Assembly (NCBI GenBank): GCA_035275265.1
Contig: DATENC010000006.1
Location: 243,667-307,666 of the forward strand
Reading direction: 5' to 3'
DNA: 64,000 nucleotides
From: Burkholderiales bacterium
GTDB taxonomy: Bacteria; Pseudomonadota; Gammaproteobacteria; Burkholderiales; JACQAP01
Below the pieces are notes generated by a model. It saw only the letters and a list, made by a program, of their open reading frames with translations, had not been told where the DNA came from and ran no database searches. The position numbers and the translations under genes were made by a program. Positions 23,112 to 36,616 of this stretch are shown one piece after another; the first letter of the stretch is position 1, and each line of letters starts with the position of its first letter.

Positions 23112-24753
23112 GAGCGGGTTTTGACCGCTCGATGGAGCGCGTGATCTGCCACTGCTGCGCGATGGAAAGAATGTTGTTCACCAGCCAGTAGAGCACCAGC
23201 CCCGCCGGAAAGAAGAAGAAGAACACGCTGAACACCACCGGCATGATTTTCATGACCTTCGCCTGCACCGGATCCGGTGGCGTGGGGTTCAATGACGTCT
23301 GGATGATCATGGTGATGCCCATCAGCACCGGCAGGATGTAATACGGGTCCTGCGCCGACAAATCGGTGATCCACAGCATGAACGGCGCATTGCGCAATTC
23401 CACGCTCGCAAGCAATACCCAGTACAACGCGATGAACACCGGAATCTGCACCACGATGGGCAGGCAACCCCCGAGCGGATTGATCTTCTCGGTCTTGTAC
23501 ATCTCGATCATGGCCTGCTGCATCCGCTGCCGGTCATCCCCGTATTGTTCCTTGAGCTTCTGCATCTTCGGTCCGAGCACGCGCATTTTCGCCATCGATT
23601 TGTAGCTTGCGGCCGACAGCGGATAGAAGATCAGCTTGATGATGATTGTCAGGATGATGATCGCCACGCCCCAGTTGTTCACCCACTTCTGGATGGCAGA
23701 CAGCACCCAGAACAACGGCGCCGCGATGACCGTGAGCCACCCGTAGTCCACCGTCAATTCCAGACGGGGAGCAAGCGTGGCGAGCTTTTCCTGTTCCTGC
23801 GGTCCAGCATACAAACGCATATCGACTTGCCCCGAGGCGCGCGGTGCGATGCTGCCCGCCGGCACGATCACACCGGTCGCGTACAGGCCGTTTCCCAGCA
23901 CTCGCGTAAAGAACTCGCGCGGCATTTCGCCAGGCGGTAGCCACGCCGCTACAAAATAATGTTGCACGAAAGCAATCCAGCCATCGCTGGCATGCTTCGG
24001 ATAGTCAACCTTCCCTTTGTCGACATCGGCAAAAGTGACCTTGCGAAACTTGGACTGATCGGTATATACAGCGGCGCCGGTGTAGGTCGGCACCATCTTC
24101 GAATCGCCCGAAGCGGGTTTGCCGTCACGAAGAAACTGGAAGTACGCGAACGGTTTCAGCTCGTCGCTGCCGTTGTTAACGATATGAAATGATTCGTTGA
24201 TCAAATAACTGCCGCGCCGAAAAGTGATGCGCTTGGTCACGGCGATGTGATTGGCTTCGGGTGCGGTCAAGGTAACCGTAACTTCATCGCTGCCGTCGCC
24301 CAGTTGGTAGCTTGAGCTAGCCGCGCCATAGGTCGTCGTGTGGTTGGGAAGATTCTCGCCAATCAGGCCGCTTTGCGCCACGTAAGTATGGTCGGCGGAT
24401 TGCTCGAACAAGATGAAATTCCTGCTCTTGTCGACCTTGTCTTTGTGCTGAGCAAACTCGAGTCTGCGCAAACCCCCCCCGACCGGGTCGATTTCCGCAT
24501 TCAGCACATCAGTACGCACGGAAATTACCGCCAAAGGCGCAGACCTTGACGTCGCGGCTTTGATCGGTGGGGCACTTTGATCCGGTCGTGTCGTCGCGCT
24601 TGGCGGCATCGTCGGTGACGGTGTGGCAGTGACGGCCTGCTTCGCCGTATCCTGCGGTGCCATCGGCGGATTGCGGTCCTTTACCCACGCTTCGTATAGC
24701 AAGAAAACCGAAACGAGGAAAATAATCGCCGCAAACAGTCGCAAACTATCCAT
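23098..24753 (-). CDS. yidC: Membrane protein insertase YidC
   Basis: LYAGPQ, VDYGWL, NWGVAII, NPLGGCLP, FPAGLVLYW. Confidence 0.98.
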   Translation of the reverse strand: MDSLRLFAAIIFLVSVFLLYEAWVKDRNPPMAPQDTAKQAVTATPSPTMPPSATTRPDQSAPPIKAATSRSAPLAVISVRTDVLNAEIDPVGGGLRRLEFAQHKDKVDKSRNFILFEQSADHTYVAQSGLIGENLPNHTTTYGAASSSYQLGDGSDEVTVTLTAPEANHIAVTKRITFRRGSYLINESFHIVNNGSDELKPFAYFQFLRDGKPASGDSKMVPTYTGAAVYTDQSKFRKVTFADVDKGKVDYPKHASDGWIAFVQHYFVAAWLPPGEMPREFFTRVLGNGLYATGVIVPAGSIAPRASGQVDMRLYAGPQEQEKLATLAPRLELTVDYGWLTVIAAPLFWVLSAIQKWVNNWGVAIIILTIIIKLIFYPLSAASYKSMAKMRVLGPKMQKLKEQYGDDRQRMQQAMIEMYKTEKINPLGGCLPIVVQIPVFIALYWVLLASVELRNAPFMLWITDLSAQDPYYILPVLMGITMIIQTSLNPTPPDPVQAKVMKIMPVVFSVFFFFFPAGLVLYWLVNNILSIAQQWQITRSIERSKPAHAPR

Positions 24754-24769
24754 GGAAGGCGTTTTCTAT

Positions 24770-24979
24770 TCAGGGCACCGGATCAGCCCCACCCGAGTGC
24801 CACGGGTGGCAACGCAACAGGCGCTTGCCAGCGAACCAGCCTCCGCGCAACACACCGTGGGTTTGAATCGCGGCTTTCGCGTATTCCGAGCAAGTCGGGT
24901 AGAAGCGGCATTGAGTGCCGACCCACGGACTCAACAGGTATTGGTAGAGCTTGATCAGGCTTACTAACATGGCGCGCAT
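24770..24979 (-). CDS. yidD: Membrane protein insertion efficiency factor YidD
   Basis: [29 protein letters not shown]. Confidence 0.95.
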   Translation of the reverse strand: MRAMLVSLIKLYQYLLSPWVGTQCRFYPTCSEYAKAAIQTHGVLRGGWFAGKRLLRCHPWHSGGADPVP

Positions 24980-25317
24980 CAGCGACCGCCACTCAACAAG
25001 TATTGCAGTTCACCCCGCGCCAGGGAAATTTCTTCTCCGAAGGCAGGTTTGCGCACCCTCACAACAAAGTCCGTCGATCCAAGATTCACGCGCAGGTGGC
25101 GAAACACTTCGCGCACCATACGTTTCATCGCCGAGCGGGAAACCGCCCTGGGCACGGTTCGCCGGCCGACAACAATTCCCAGGCGCGCAGCCCTGCCGCC
25201 AGAGTTATTTCTGGTGAGGACGATAAAGAACCGCCCCTGTCGTCTTTCCGCGAACGCACCGGTGAAATGCGCGCTGCCGCGCAACCTTGCCAGCCGGGGC
25301 AGCCGGGGCTGCGTCAC
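24979..25317 (-). CDS. rnpA: Ribonuclease P protein component
   Basis: [25 protein letters not shown] (RNR-like motif), DFVVR; GTG start at 25317 overlaps the rpmH stop. Confidence 0.88.
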   Translation of the reverse strand: MTQPRLPRLARLRGSAHFTGAFAERRQGRFFIVLTRNNSGGRAARLGIVVGRRTVPRAVSRSAMKRMVREVFRHLRVNLGSTDFVVRVRKPAFGEEISLARGELQYLLSGGR

Positions 25318-25448
25318 ACCGCCAAGCGCGCACGGCCCTTGGCTCGTCGGGCATTGATCACGGCGCGACCGCCGCGCGTTTTCATGCGCACCAGGAAACC
25401 ATGGGTGCGGCTGCGGCGGGTTTTCGACGGCTGATAAGTGCGCTTCAT
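25314..25448 (-). CDS. rpmH: 50S ribosomal protein L34
   Basis: [44 protein letters not shown] (44 aa). Confidence 0.99.
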   Translation of the reverse strand: MKRTYQPSKTRRSRTHGFLVRMKTRGGRAVINARRAKGRARLAV

Positions 25449-25494
25449 TCGACTTACTCCGGTAGCTGGCGTTGCTGGCTTGAAAAAGCCCGAC

Positions 25495-25524
25495 ATTACA
25501 CTTGTTTTCACAGACCATTGTCAA
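25495..25524 (-). promoter_or_regulatory. sigma70 promoter of rpmH operon
   Basis: Minus strand TTGACA (25524-25519), 18 nt spacer, TGTAAT (25500-25495). Confidence 0.55.
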
Positions 25525-25544
25525 CCGCGAAACCTCGTCGAGCC

Positions 25545-25575
25545 TGTGGATAACTCCAAACATTGCTGCTAGACT
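25545..25575 (+). promoter_or_regulatory. DnaA box plus putative extended -10 dnaA promoter
   Basis: TGTGGATAA (25545-25553; reverse complement TTATCCACA, perfect DnaA box) sits where the -35 of TGnTAGACT (25567-25575) would be, consistent with dnaA autoregulation. Confidence 0.65.
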
Positions 25576-25639
25576 CCGGCCTCAACTTGGGTGGCCTTCC
25601 TCTGCCGCATCCTCGTATCAAAATTACAATCTCGCGCCG

Positions 25640-26965
25640 ATGGATAGCTTCTGGAATCATTGCCTGCGCAATTTCGAAAAATCTCTTCCGGCGCAGCAGT
25701 ACAAGACCTGGATTCAGCCTCTGCATGCGCGACTCGACCAGCAAACGGTAGTGGTCTCAGCCCCGAATCGCTTCGTACTCGAGTGGGTAAAGGACAAGTT
25801 CGTCCCGGAAATTGAGCGGCTGTCTTCGGAGTTTCTGCGTAAACCTACGCAGGTAGTCCTTACTCTTGCGGAAGACGTCACCGAAGAGCCGAGTCGGCCC
25901 GAACCGGAGGCCGAAGCCCCGGTTCCAAAACCGAAGATCCGTGAGCAGAGCCGTCTCAATCCGACGTTCACCTTCGACTCGTTTGTCACGGGCAAGGCCA
26001 ATCAACTGGCGCGCGCTGCCGCGCTGCAGGTCGCTGAACATCCTGGCGTGGCGTACAACCCGCTATTTGTTTACGGCGGTGTGGGCTTGGGCAAGACTCA
26101 CCTTATTCAAGCCATCGGTAACCTGCTGCTCGAACTCAGCCCGTCCGCCAAAGTCCGTTATATCCACGCCGAGCGGTACGTTTCCGATGTGGTTCGCGCC
26201 TATCAACACAAGGCCTTTGACGGCTTCAAGAAGTACTACCACTCCCTGGACCTTCTGCTGATTGACGATATCCAGTTTTTCAGCGGCAAGAACCGAACCC
26301 AGGAGGAGTTTTTTTACGCCTTCAACGCGCTGATCGAAGCGCACAAGCAGGTGATCATCACCTGCGATACCTACCCGAAGGAAATCGCCGGAATCGAAGA
26401 TAGACTGATCTCACGCTTCGGCTGGGGGCTTACGGTCGCAATCGAGCCGCCGGAGCTTGAAATGCGCGTCGCGATCCTGCTCAAGAAGGCGGAGGCCGAG
26501 CGTATCAACCTGCCGGAGGATATCGCGTTTTTCGTTGCTACTCACATCCAATCCAATGTGCGCGAACTCGAAGGTGGCCTGAAACGCGTTCTCGCGTACG
26601 CCAAGTTCGCCAATGCCAAGCTATCGGTGGATCTTGCCCGCGAAGCACTCAAGGATCTCCTGGCAGTGCAAGTGCGGCAGGTGTCGGTGGAAAACATTCA
26701 GCGAATCGTCGCCGACTACTACAAGATCAAAGTCTCCGAGATGTATTCAAAGAAGCGCTCGCGCACAATCGCGCGGCCACGCCAAGTCGCCATGGCTTTG
26801 GCCAAAGAACTCACTCATTTGAGCCTACCCGACATTGGCGATGCGTTCGGCGGCCGCGACCATACCACGGTGCTGCACGCCTGCCGAAAAATAGCGGACC
26901 TGCGCGCCTCCAATGCCGAGATTACTCGTGACTTCGATGCGCTGTTGCAGACACTTCGCGGTTGA
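25640..26965 (+). CDS. dnaA: Chromosomal replication initiator DnaA
   Basis: Start MDSFW at 25640; [43 protein letters not shown]. Confidence 0.99.
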   Translation: MDSFWNHCLRNFEKSLPAQQYKTWIQPLHARLDQQTVVVSAPNRFVLEWVKDKFVPEIERLSSEFLRKPTQVVLTLAEDVTEEPSRPEPEAEAPVPKPKIREQSRLNPTFTFDSFVTGKANQLARAAALQVAEHPGVAYNPLFVYGGVGLGKTHLIQAIGNLLLELSPSAKVRYIHAERYVSDVVRAYQHKAFDGFKKYYHSLDLLLIDDIQFFSGKNRTQEEFFYAFNALIEAHKQVIITCDTYPKEIAGIEDRLISRFGWGLTVAIEPPELEMRVAILLKKAEAERINLPEDIAFFVATHIQSNVRELEGGLKRVLAYAKFANAKLSVDLAREALKDLLAVQVRQVSVENIQRIVADYYKIKVSEMYSKKRSRTIARPRQVAMALAKELTHLSLPDIGDAFGGRDHTTVLHACRKIADLRASNAEITRDFDALLQTLRG

Positions 26966-27143
26966 TAAACGCTGTACAGCTTGTTGATAAACAGCAAAGC
27001 ACCGCATTGACAGCAAATACCCACAAACCGTCCACTGCCGATACACGAGTTATACAGAGTCGAAAGGTGATGTTTTCAAAGCTGTAAATACCAAAGCTCA
27101 CAGGTTTTCGGACATTTATTAATCTTATTATCAAGGTTAAAGA
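26966..27143. other. Putative oriC (dnaA-dnaN intergenic region)
   Basis: AT-rich spacer with near-consensus DnaA boxes TGTTGATAA (26982-26990) and TTATACAGA (27050-27058), phased degenerate boxes between them and an AT-rich tract ATTTATTAATCTTATTAT (27114-27131). Confidence 0.55.
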
Positions 27144-30670
<3,527 letters not shown>

Positions 30671-30672
30671 AC

Positions 30673-30691
30673 GCCGCCCTCAGGCGGCTTT
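30673..30691 (+). terminator. Short hairpin/terminator between convergent gyrB and topA
   Basis: GCCGCC-CTCA-GGCGGC-TTT immediately after the gyrB stop and overlapping the topA stop. Confidence 0.4.
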
Positions 30692-33256
30692 GCGTTTCGG
30701 ACTCTTCGCCTTGGCGCGAGGTTTTTTCTTGCCTGGGGAATCCTTCGAAGACTTCGCGGCCAGTAGTTGAACCGCCTCTTCCAGAGTCAGCTTGGCAGGA
30801 TCCGCCGTAGCCGGAATCGTGGCGTTTATCTTGCCGTGCTTCACATACGGCCCGTATCGACCGCTGTGGACGACCACCGCCTTGCCGTCATCAGGATGTG
30901 CGCCGAGCGCGCGTCCGCCCAGGCCGCCTGTCTTCTTTTCCGCGAGCAGCTGGATTGCCCGCGTCAAGGCGATGTCGTGCACGTTGTCGGCTTTGGGAAT
31001 GGACTTGAACATACCATCGTGTTTCAGATACGGGCCGAAGCGCCCGATGCTGGCTTCAATCGGCTTGCCGGTTTCAGGATGCATTCCGAGCTGACGCGGC
31101 AGGGAAAGAAGTTTCAGCGCAAGGGCAAGAGCGTCGGCAGAAGCTTCCGTCGGAACCGGAACGTTCTTTGACCAGGCCGCGCGTTTTGGTTTCTCCTTTG
31201 CGTCCTTGATCGTTTGTCCAATCTGAACGTAATGGCCGTAAGGACCTTTCAGAAGCAATATTTCCATAGACGTATTCGGATCCTTACCCAGGATCACGGG
31301 CCCGAGAGAGGCCCCGCCCCACGGGCGGGTGTAGTCGCATTTGGGATAGCCACTGCAGCCGAAAAACAAACCGCGGCTGCTGTTCTGCAACAACACCAGT
31401 TTCTTGCATTTCAGGCATTTTTCCGCGAGCCGACCGTTTTTTTGCCATTGCGGATCGAGCAGCGCCTTGGAGAACGAACTCCAGTCGATCACGCGCGCTT
31501 CTGCTTTCGGCACCGGGATGCCTCGCTCGATGCCTTCCTTCTCTTCCAGGTTGTCCGAAAACCCCGACCAGAATTCGCGCATCACGGCGATCCAGTCGAG
31601 ATCACCGTTGGAAATCTCGTCGAGTTCTTCTTCCAGGTTTGCCGTGAACTGGTAATCGACGTAATGACCAAAATGGGTGGTCAGGAAACCATTGACCACC
31701 CGGCCTATATCCGTTGGCGTGAAACGCTTCTTCTCAAGCAAGGCATAGCCGCGCTCCTGCAGCGTCGAAACAATGCTCGCATAAGTGGATGGCCGGCCAA
31801 TGCCGTATTCCTCGAGTGTCTTGACGAGGCTCGCCTCGGTATATCTGGGCGGTGGCTGGGTGAAATGCTGTTCGCCGAAAATGCGGTCGACGGGAATTGT
31901 TTCCTTTTCCTCAAGCACCGGCAACTTGGCTTCCTCTTCCTGTTCGACGTCGTCGGCATCCTCCAGATATACCGCCATGAAACCGGGGAAAACCAGAATC
32001 TGGCCGGTCGCGCGGAACAATGTGTTTGCATGCCCTACCGAGATGTCGACGCTGGTGGTGTCGTACTTGGCCGGCGTCATCTGGCAGGCGAGCGTGCGCT
32101 TCCAGATCATCTCGTAGAGTGACGCCTGGTCCGCAGTCAGGAACTTGCGCACCGAATCGGGCGTGCGAGCTACGGAAGTCGGGCGGATCGCTTCGTGCGC
32201 CTCCTGGGCATTCTTCGATTTGCTGCGGTACTGGATCGGCGCGTGCGGCAGGTAATCAGCATCGAACTTCTTCTGGATATAGCCGCGGATTTCCCGCAGC
32301 GCTTCGTTGGCAAGCGAAAAAGAGTCGGTGCGCATGTAAGTGATGAGGCCGACGGTGCCGCCGCCGATATCGACACCTTCGTACAGCTGCTGTGCCGTAC
32401 TCATGGTGCTTCTCGAAGTCATTCCCAGCTTGCGTACGGCTTCTTGCTGCAGGGTCGATGTCGTGAACGGTGGAGCGGGCTGGCGGTTCTTCGGCTTGCG
32501 CTCGACTTTTATGACCCTGGCGGTGCCTTTCGCGGACTTCTGAATGTCCGCGACGATATCCTTCTGCTGGCGCTCGGTTGCGACAGTGAATTGCTCGATC
32601 TTGTCACCCCGATACTGGATCAGTCGGGCGCCGAACTTCTGCTTGTCCTTGTGACTGTCGAGATGGACGCTCCAGTATTCGCGTGAAACGAAGTTCTCGA
32701 TCTCCTGCTCACGCTCGACGATGAGCCGCAGGGCCGGGCTCTGTACCCGGCCCGCCGACAACCCGGTGCCTATCTTTTTCCACAGTAATGGCGACAGCTT
32801 GAAACCGACCAAGTGGTCGAGCGCGCGGCGCGCCTGTTGTGCGTTCACCAGCGGCATGGAAATCTGGCGCGGTTTCGCAACCGCATCGTTCACCGCGGAT
32901 TCTGTGATCTCGTAGAACACCACGCGATGAAGTTTTTTGTTCTTGAGCAGCTTCTTGCCCTTGAGGATCTCGCCAAGGTGCCAGGCAATGGCCTCGCCTT
33001 CACGGTCGGGGTCGGTGGCTAGATAGATCCGGTCGGCTTTCCCCACTGCCTTGGCGATTGCGTCCACATGCTTCCTGTTCTTTTCGACGGGTACATACTT
33101 CATGTGGAAGTCGTCGGCCGGGTCCACCGCGCCATCCTTGGCCTCCAGGTCGCGCACGTGACCATACGAGGCGAGGATATCGAAACCGCGGCCCAGATAC
33201 TTCTTGAGAGTCTTCGCCTTCGAGGGAGACTCGACGATCAGCAGATTTTGGGACAT
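30680..33256 (-). CDS. topA: DNA topoisomerase I
   Basis: Start MSQNLLIVESPSKAK at 33256; ATDPDREGE, SAGRVQ, LITYMRTD, QEAHEAIRPT; one Cys4 zinc ribbon, C-terminal G(R/P)(Y/F)GPY-type repeats, Lys-rich tail. Confidence 0.96.
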   Translation of the reverse strand: MSQNLLIVESPSKAKTLKKYLGRGFDILASYGHVRDLEAKDGAVDPADDFHMKYVPVEKNRKHVDAIAKAVGKADRIYLATDPDREGEAIAWHLGEILKGKKLLKNKKLHRVVFYEITESAVNDAVAKPRQISMPLVNAQQARRALDHLVGFKLSPLLWKKIGTGLSAGRVQSPALRLIVEREQEIENFVSREYWSVHLDSHKDKQKFGARLIQYRGDKIEQFTVATERQQKDIVADIQKSAKGTARVIKVERKPKNRQPAPPFTTSTLQQEAVRKLGMTSRSTMSTAQQLYEGVDIGGGTVGLITYMRTDSFSLANEALREIRGYIQKKFDADYLPHAPIQYRSKSKNAQEAHEAIRPTSVARTPDSVRKFLTADQASLYEMIWKRTLACQMTPAKYDTTSVDISVGHANTLFRATGQILVFPGFMAVYLEDADDVEQEEEAKLPVLEEKETIPVDRIFGEQHFTQPPPRYTEASLVKTLEEYGIGRPSTYASIVSTLQERGYALLEKKRFTPTDIGRVVNGFLTTHFGHYVDYQFTANLEEELDEISNGDLDWIAVMREFWSGFSDNLEEKEGIERGIPVPKAEARVIDWSSFSKALLDPQWQKNGRLAEKCLKCKKLVLLQNSSRGLFFGCSGYPKCDYTRPWGGASLGPVILGKDPNTSMEILLLKGPYGHYVQIGQTIKDAKEKPKRAAWSKNVPVPTEASADALALALKLLSLPRQLGMHPETGKPIEASIGRFGPYLKHDGMFKSIPKADNVHDIALTRAIQLLAEKKTGGLGGRALGAHPDDGKAVVVHSGRYGPYVKHGKINATIPATADPAKLTLEEAVQLLAAKSSKDSPGKKKPRAKAKSPKRKAA

Positions 33257-33337
33257 GAGGCGTCCGGCCGAAAAGGAGGGCGGAATGATAAGAACTTGCC
33301 GGCGGTGGAGCAAGTTCTGATTCAGGCAATCGGATGT

Positions 33338-33790
33338 CTACTGCAGGTAGCGTTCCTGATTTGGCGCGACCAACTCTTCGAGCACCAGAGAATCCACCGA
33401 TTCGTTCTGATTCCACAACACCATGAGGACAATAAGCTTTACTTTTTCAAGGTCCACGGACGGCTCATCCAGCGCCAGCACCCGCTCGATGACGAGCTCG
33501 CGTTGCAATGCCTTGATCACGCCCGCCGTTTCGAGAAAAAGCAAGAAGCCGCGCGCCTCGGCAGTCAGCCCGGCCAATTCCTGCTCGGTATAAAAACGGA
33601 ATCCGTCACTGCTGGAAAAGCGGGAGTTACTGTTGCCGACGCGCTCTAGGCCGCTCAGCCAGGTCAGGGCTTGTGAGATATCGCTGCTGTCGAAACCGGC
33701 AGCGGAGAGGCGCTTGGTGAGGGTTCGTTGATCGGGGTAGGCACCGGAATGAAAGTAGTTTTCGAACAGGAAAACGAGTATGTCGAACAT
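33338..33790 (-). CDS. smg: Smg (DUF494) family protein
   Basis: MFDILVFLFENY, LSAAGF, ALTWL, RGFLLFLE, LIVLMVLW; between dprA and topA. Confidence 0.93.
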   Translation of the reverse strand: MFDILVFLFENYFHSGAYPDQRTLTKRLSAAGFDSSDISQALTWLSGLERVGNSNSRFSSSDGFRFYTEQELAGLTAEARGFLLFLETAGVIKALQRELVIERVLALDEPSVDLEKVKLIVLMVLWNQNESVDSLVLEELVAPNQERYLQ

Positions 33791-33824
33791 GAGCCCCTGT
33801 CTGGAGGTATTGACGCCCCTGACG

Positions 33825-34910
33825 CTAGCGCACGCGCTGAAACTTGCCGCCCGGTAGCCGGCTGACGGTGCCGTCGAGTTCCAGTGTCAATAGCATCGCC
33901 GAAGCGGTTTCCGGCGTCAAGCCGCTGCGCTCGCACAGTGTTTCGAGGTCGAGCGGGTCGAAGCCGAGCGCCGCCAGCAATTCGACATGCTCGGGCAAGG
34001 CATCCGCCTGGCCGGACCTCACGTTCTGTGCGCGTACCGCAGCGCCGAGTTCTTCCAAGATGTCGTTGCTGCTTTCGACCAGTTTCGCGCCTTGCTTGAT
34101 CAGAAGGTGACAACCCTTCGACAGCGGAGAGTGGATCGAACCGGGGATCGCGAATACCTCGCGCCCCTGCTCGAGCGCATAACGCGCCGTGATCAGCGAT
34201 CCGCTCCTTAGCGCCGCTTCGACGATCAGACAGCCGCGCGCCAGTCCGCTGATCAATCTGTTGCGCCTTGGAAAATTTGCCGGCAGCGCAGGCATTCCCA
34301 GCGGAAACTCTGAAATCAGCGCGCCTTGTGCAGACAGTTGATGTGCGAGATCGCGATTGCGCGCCGGATAGACGATGTCGAGTCCGGTGCCGACCACCGC
34401 CAGCGACGAGGACGTGCCGGCAAGCCCGCCGCGATGCGCGGCGGCATCGATGCCGAGTGCCAGCCCGCTGATGACCGTGAAACCGCCGTCGGAGAGTTCG
34501 CGGGCAAAGGCTTCTGCGTTTGCGCTGCCCTGCGGGGTGGCATTGCGGCTGCCGACAACCGCCAGTGCCGCGCGGTTCAGCAGCCCTGGATCGCCCTTGA
34601 TATACAGTAGTGGCGGAGGGTCGGTGATTTCCAACAAGAGCCGCGGATAGGCTGCATCCGCGAGGTTGATGACGCGGTTACCCGGCTCTTCGAGCCAGCG
34701 CAACGCAACGTCGACGCGGGTGGTGTCCGGCCCGCGCAGGATGCGATCCGCGATCTCATTCGGGACCACGCGCCCCAGCGCGGAACGGCTCGCCGCGCAC
34801 ACGGCTTCCGGATCGCCGAATTCGGCAAGCAACTTTCGAAAAAAAGCGGGCGTGAGCTCAGCGAGGAGGCCGAGCTTGAGCCATGCGAGCAGTTCCCGGT
34901 CCGCCGGCAT
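33825..34910 (-). CDS. dprA: DNA processing protein DprA (Smf)
   Basis: DPPPLLY, AVVGSR, SGLALGID, NFPRRNRLISG, SGSLITA, GREVFAIPG. Confidence 0.97.
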   Translation of the reverse strand: MPADRELLAWLKLGLLAELTPAFFRKLLAEFGDPEAVCAASRSALGRVVPNEIADRILRGPDTTRVDVALRWLEEPGNRVINLADAAYPRLLLEITDPPPLLYIKGDPGLLNRAALAVVGSRNATPQGSANAEAFARELSDGGFTVISGLALGIDAAAHRGGLAGTSSSLAVVGTGLDIVYPARNRDLAHQLSAQGALISEFPLGMPALPANFPRRNRLISGLARGCLIVEAALRSGSLITARYALEQGREVFAIPGSIHSPLSKGCHLLIKQGAKLVESSNDILEELGAAVRAQNVRSGQADALPEHVELLAALGFDPLDLETLCERSGLTPETASAMLLTLELDGTVSRLPGGKFQRVR

Positions 34911-34927
34911 GCGCCGTCGGTGCTGGA

Positions 34928-35989
34928 CTAGGGCGTTTGAACTACGTCGAGCAGGTTGACGGGCCGCGTGGTCTGCATCACCAGCGCGTAGGACACCTTA
35001 TCGAAAACCCGGAACACGAACACTACACCGTAGCGTTCAGGCGGCAGCTTGATCCTCTCCTTCGGATCGGTTCCACCGGCCGGCCTGACCATTGGTAGAT
35101 CTCGATACAGGGCCAGCACGTTGCCTGTTTCCAGGCCTTCGCGTGCGCCGCGGTTCAAAACTACCACCATGTGCGGGCCGATTTCCGTGACACTGCTATG
35201 CGAGGCCGCGATCACCTTTCCCTTCAACTCCTTGCTCGGCACGTGCGGAATGTAGGGCAGCATCGGCGTCGGCACAATCTTCACCAGGCGATCTCCAGGG
35301 GTGATTTCCAGGACCGCTTTGGTAATCGCAACCCTGCTGATGTCACCGAACTGGCTTACTTTCAATTCACCCAGATGCACAGCCTCGCGCCCGAGCAATT
35401 CCTTGGTGTCCGGGTCGATGAGATCACGGCCTGGGCGATATATGTTCCACTCCGCGCCATCCTCAGAAATCACGCCCTTTGCGTAAGCGGTATCGCCGGC
35501 AGAGAGTACGACCCGGTTTTCCTGCCCGGCAACCAGAATCGGCGCACCGGCCATTTCCGCCTCGGCAAGCACCAGCGGCTTGGTCAGGAAAGGTGCGATG
35601 GCCGCCACAGGAATGCTGGGGATCGCGGTTGCCGCCAGATCCAGTTTGCGGATTGACGGGCTGAGTTTCGTTACCACCAGACGCCAGTCGGTGGCGCCGT
35701 CGATGCCCTGCAGACGCAGACGCGGGGACGTGCCGGTGAAATCAAGCAGGATCACGTCGCCGGGGTAGATCCAGTGGGGATTCCTGATCTCGTCCTTGTT
35801 CAGGCCCCAGATATCCGGCCAGCGCCAGGGATCGCGCAGGAAACGCGCGGAGATGTCCCAGAGAGTGTCGCCTGTCACAACGACATAGCGATCCGGCACA
35901 TTCTCGGCTAGCGCGAGTTCGTCCGCCACGCTGGCTACCGGTATCCACGCGGTTAGCAGCAGCAGCAGCGATATAATTGATTTGCCCAT
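34928..35989 (-). CDS. LysM peptidoglycan-binding domain protein (TsaP-like)
   Basis: Signal peptide; YVVVTGDTLWDISARFLRDPWRWPDIW...NPHWIYPGD; conserved position between def and dprA. Confidence 0.9.
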   Translation of the reverse strand: MGKSIISLLLLLTAWIPVASVADELALAENVPDRYVVVTGDTLWDISARFLRDPWRWPDIWGLNKDEIRNPHWIYPGDVILLDFTGTSPRLRLQGIDGATDWRLVVTKLSPSIRKLDLAATAIPSIPVAAIAPFLTKPLVLAEAEMAGAPILVAGQENRVVLSAGDTAYAKGVISEDGAEWNIYRPGRDLIDPDTKELLGREAVHLGELKVSQFGDISRVAITKAVLEITPGDRLVKIVPTPMLPYIPHVPSKELKGKVIAASHSSVTEIGPHMVVVLNRGAREGLETGNVLALYRDLPMVRPAGGTDPKERIKLPPERYGVVFVFRVFDKVSYALVMQTTRPVNLLDVVQTP

Positions 35990-36112
35990 CTCAGGCCCCC
36001 ATTTCTGTCGATCCAGAATCGTCTCCCTCGTCGGCTAGGCAGTCCCGCCTGGCGCCGGATTCGATACTTTGGTTTAAATTCTGCATCTAGTTTGTTAAAT
36101 TAGCAAGCAATT

Positions 36113-36616
36113 ATGGCGATGCTCCCAATCCTTCGCTACCCCGACCCGCGGCTACATAAGGTGGCCAAGCCGGTGGCAGCGGTCGATGACCAGATCCGCA
36201 AGTTGGCCAAGAACATGGCCGAGACCATGTATGCGGCCCCGGGCGTGGGTCTTGCCGCCACGCAGGTGGACGTACACAAGCAACTCATCGTGATCGATCT
36301 CTCCGAGACTCGGGACGAGCTGCTGGTGCTGATCAACCCGCAGATCCTCGAGTCGAAAGGCAAGTCCGATTGCGAAGAGGGCTGTCTGTCTGTTCCCGGC
36401 ATATTCGAGAAAGTCGCGCGCGCTGAGTGGGTGAAGGTGCGGGCCCTGGATCTGGATGGCAAGTCGTTCACTATCGAGGCCACCGGGATGTTGTCGGTGT
36501 GCATACAGCATGAAATGGATCATCTAAAAGGCAAGGTTTTCGTTGAATACCTGTCACGCCTCAAGCAGACCCGTATCCTGAGCAAGCTGAAGAAACAGCA
36601 GCGGCAGACGCTCTAA
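36113..36616 (+). CDS. def: Peptide deformylase
   Basis: [20 protein letters not shown]. Confidence 0.99.
   Translation: MAMLPILRYPDPRLHKVAKPVAAVDDQIRKLAKNMAETMYAAPGVGLAATQVDVHKQLIVIDLSETRDELLVLINPQILESKGKSDCEEGCLSVPGIFEKVARAEWVKVRALDLDGKSFTIEATGMLSVCIQHEMDHLKGKVFVEYLSRLKQTRILSKLKKQQRQTL

Noticed and set aside
25318-25563. Apparent long RnpA (194 aa) or rpmH-rnpA fusion
   Set aside because: The extension overlaps rpmH in another frame; a normal GTG start exists at 25317.
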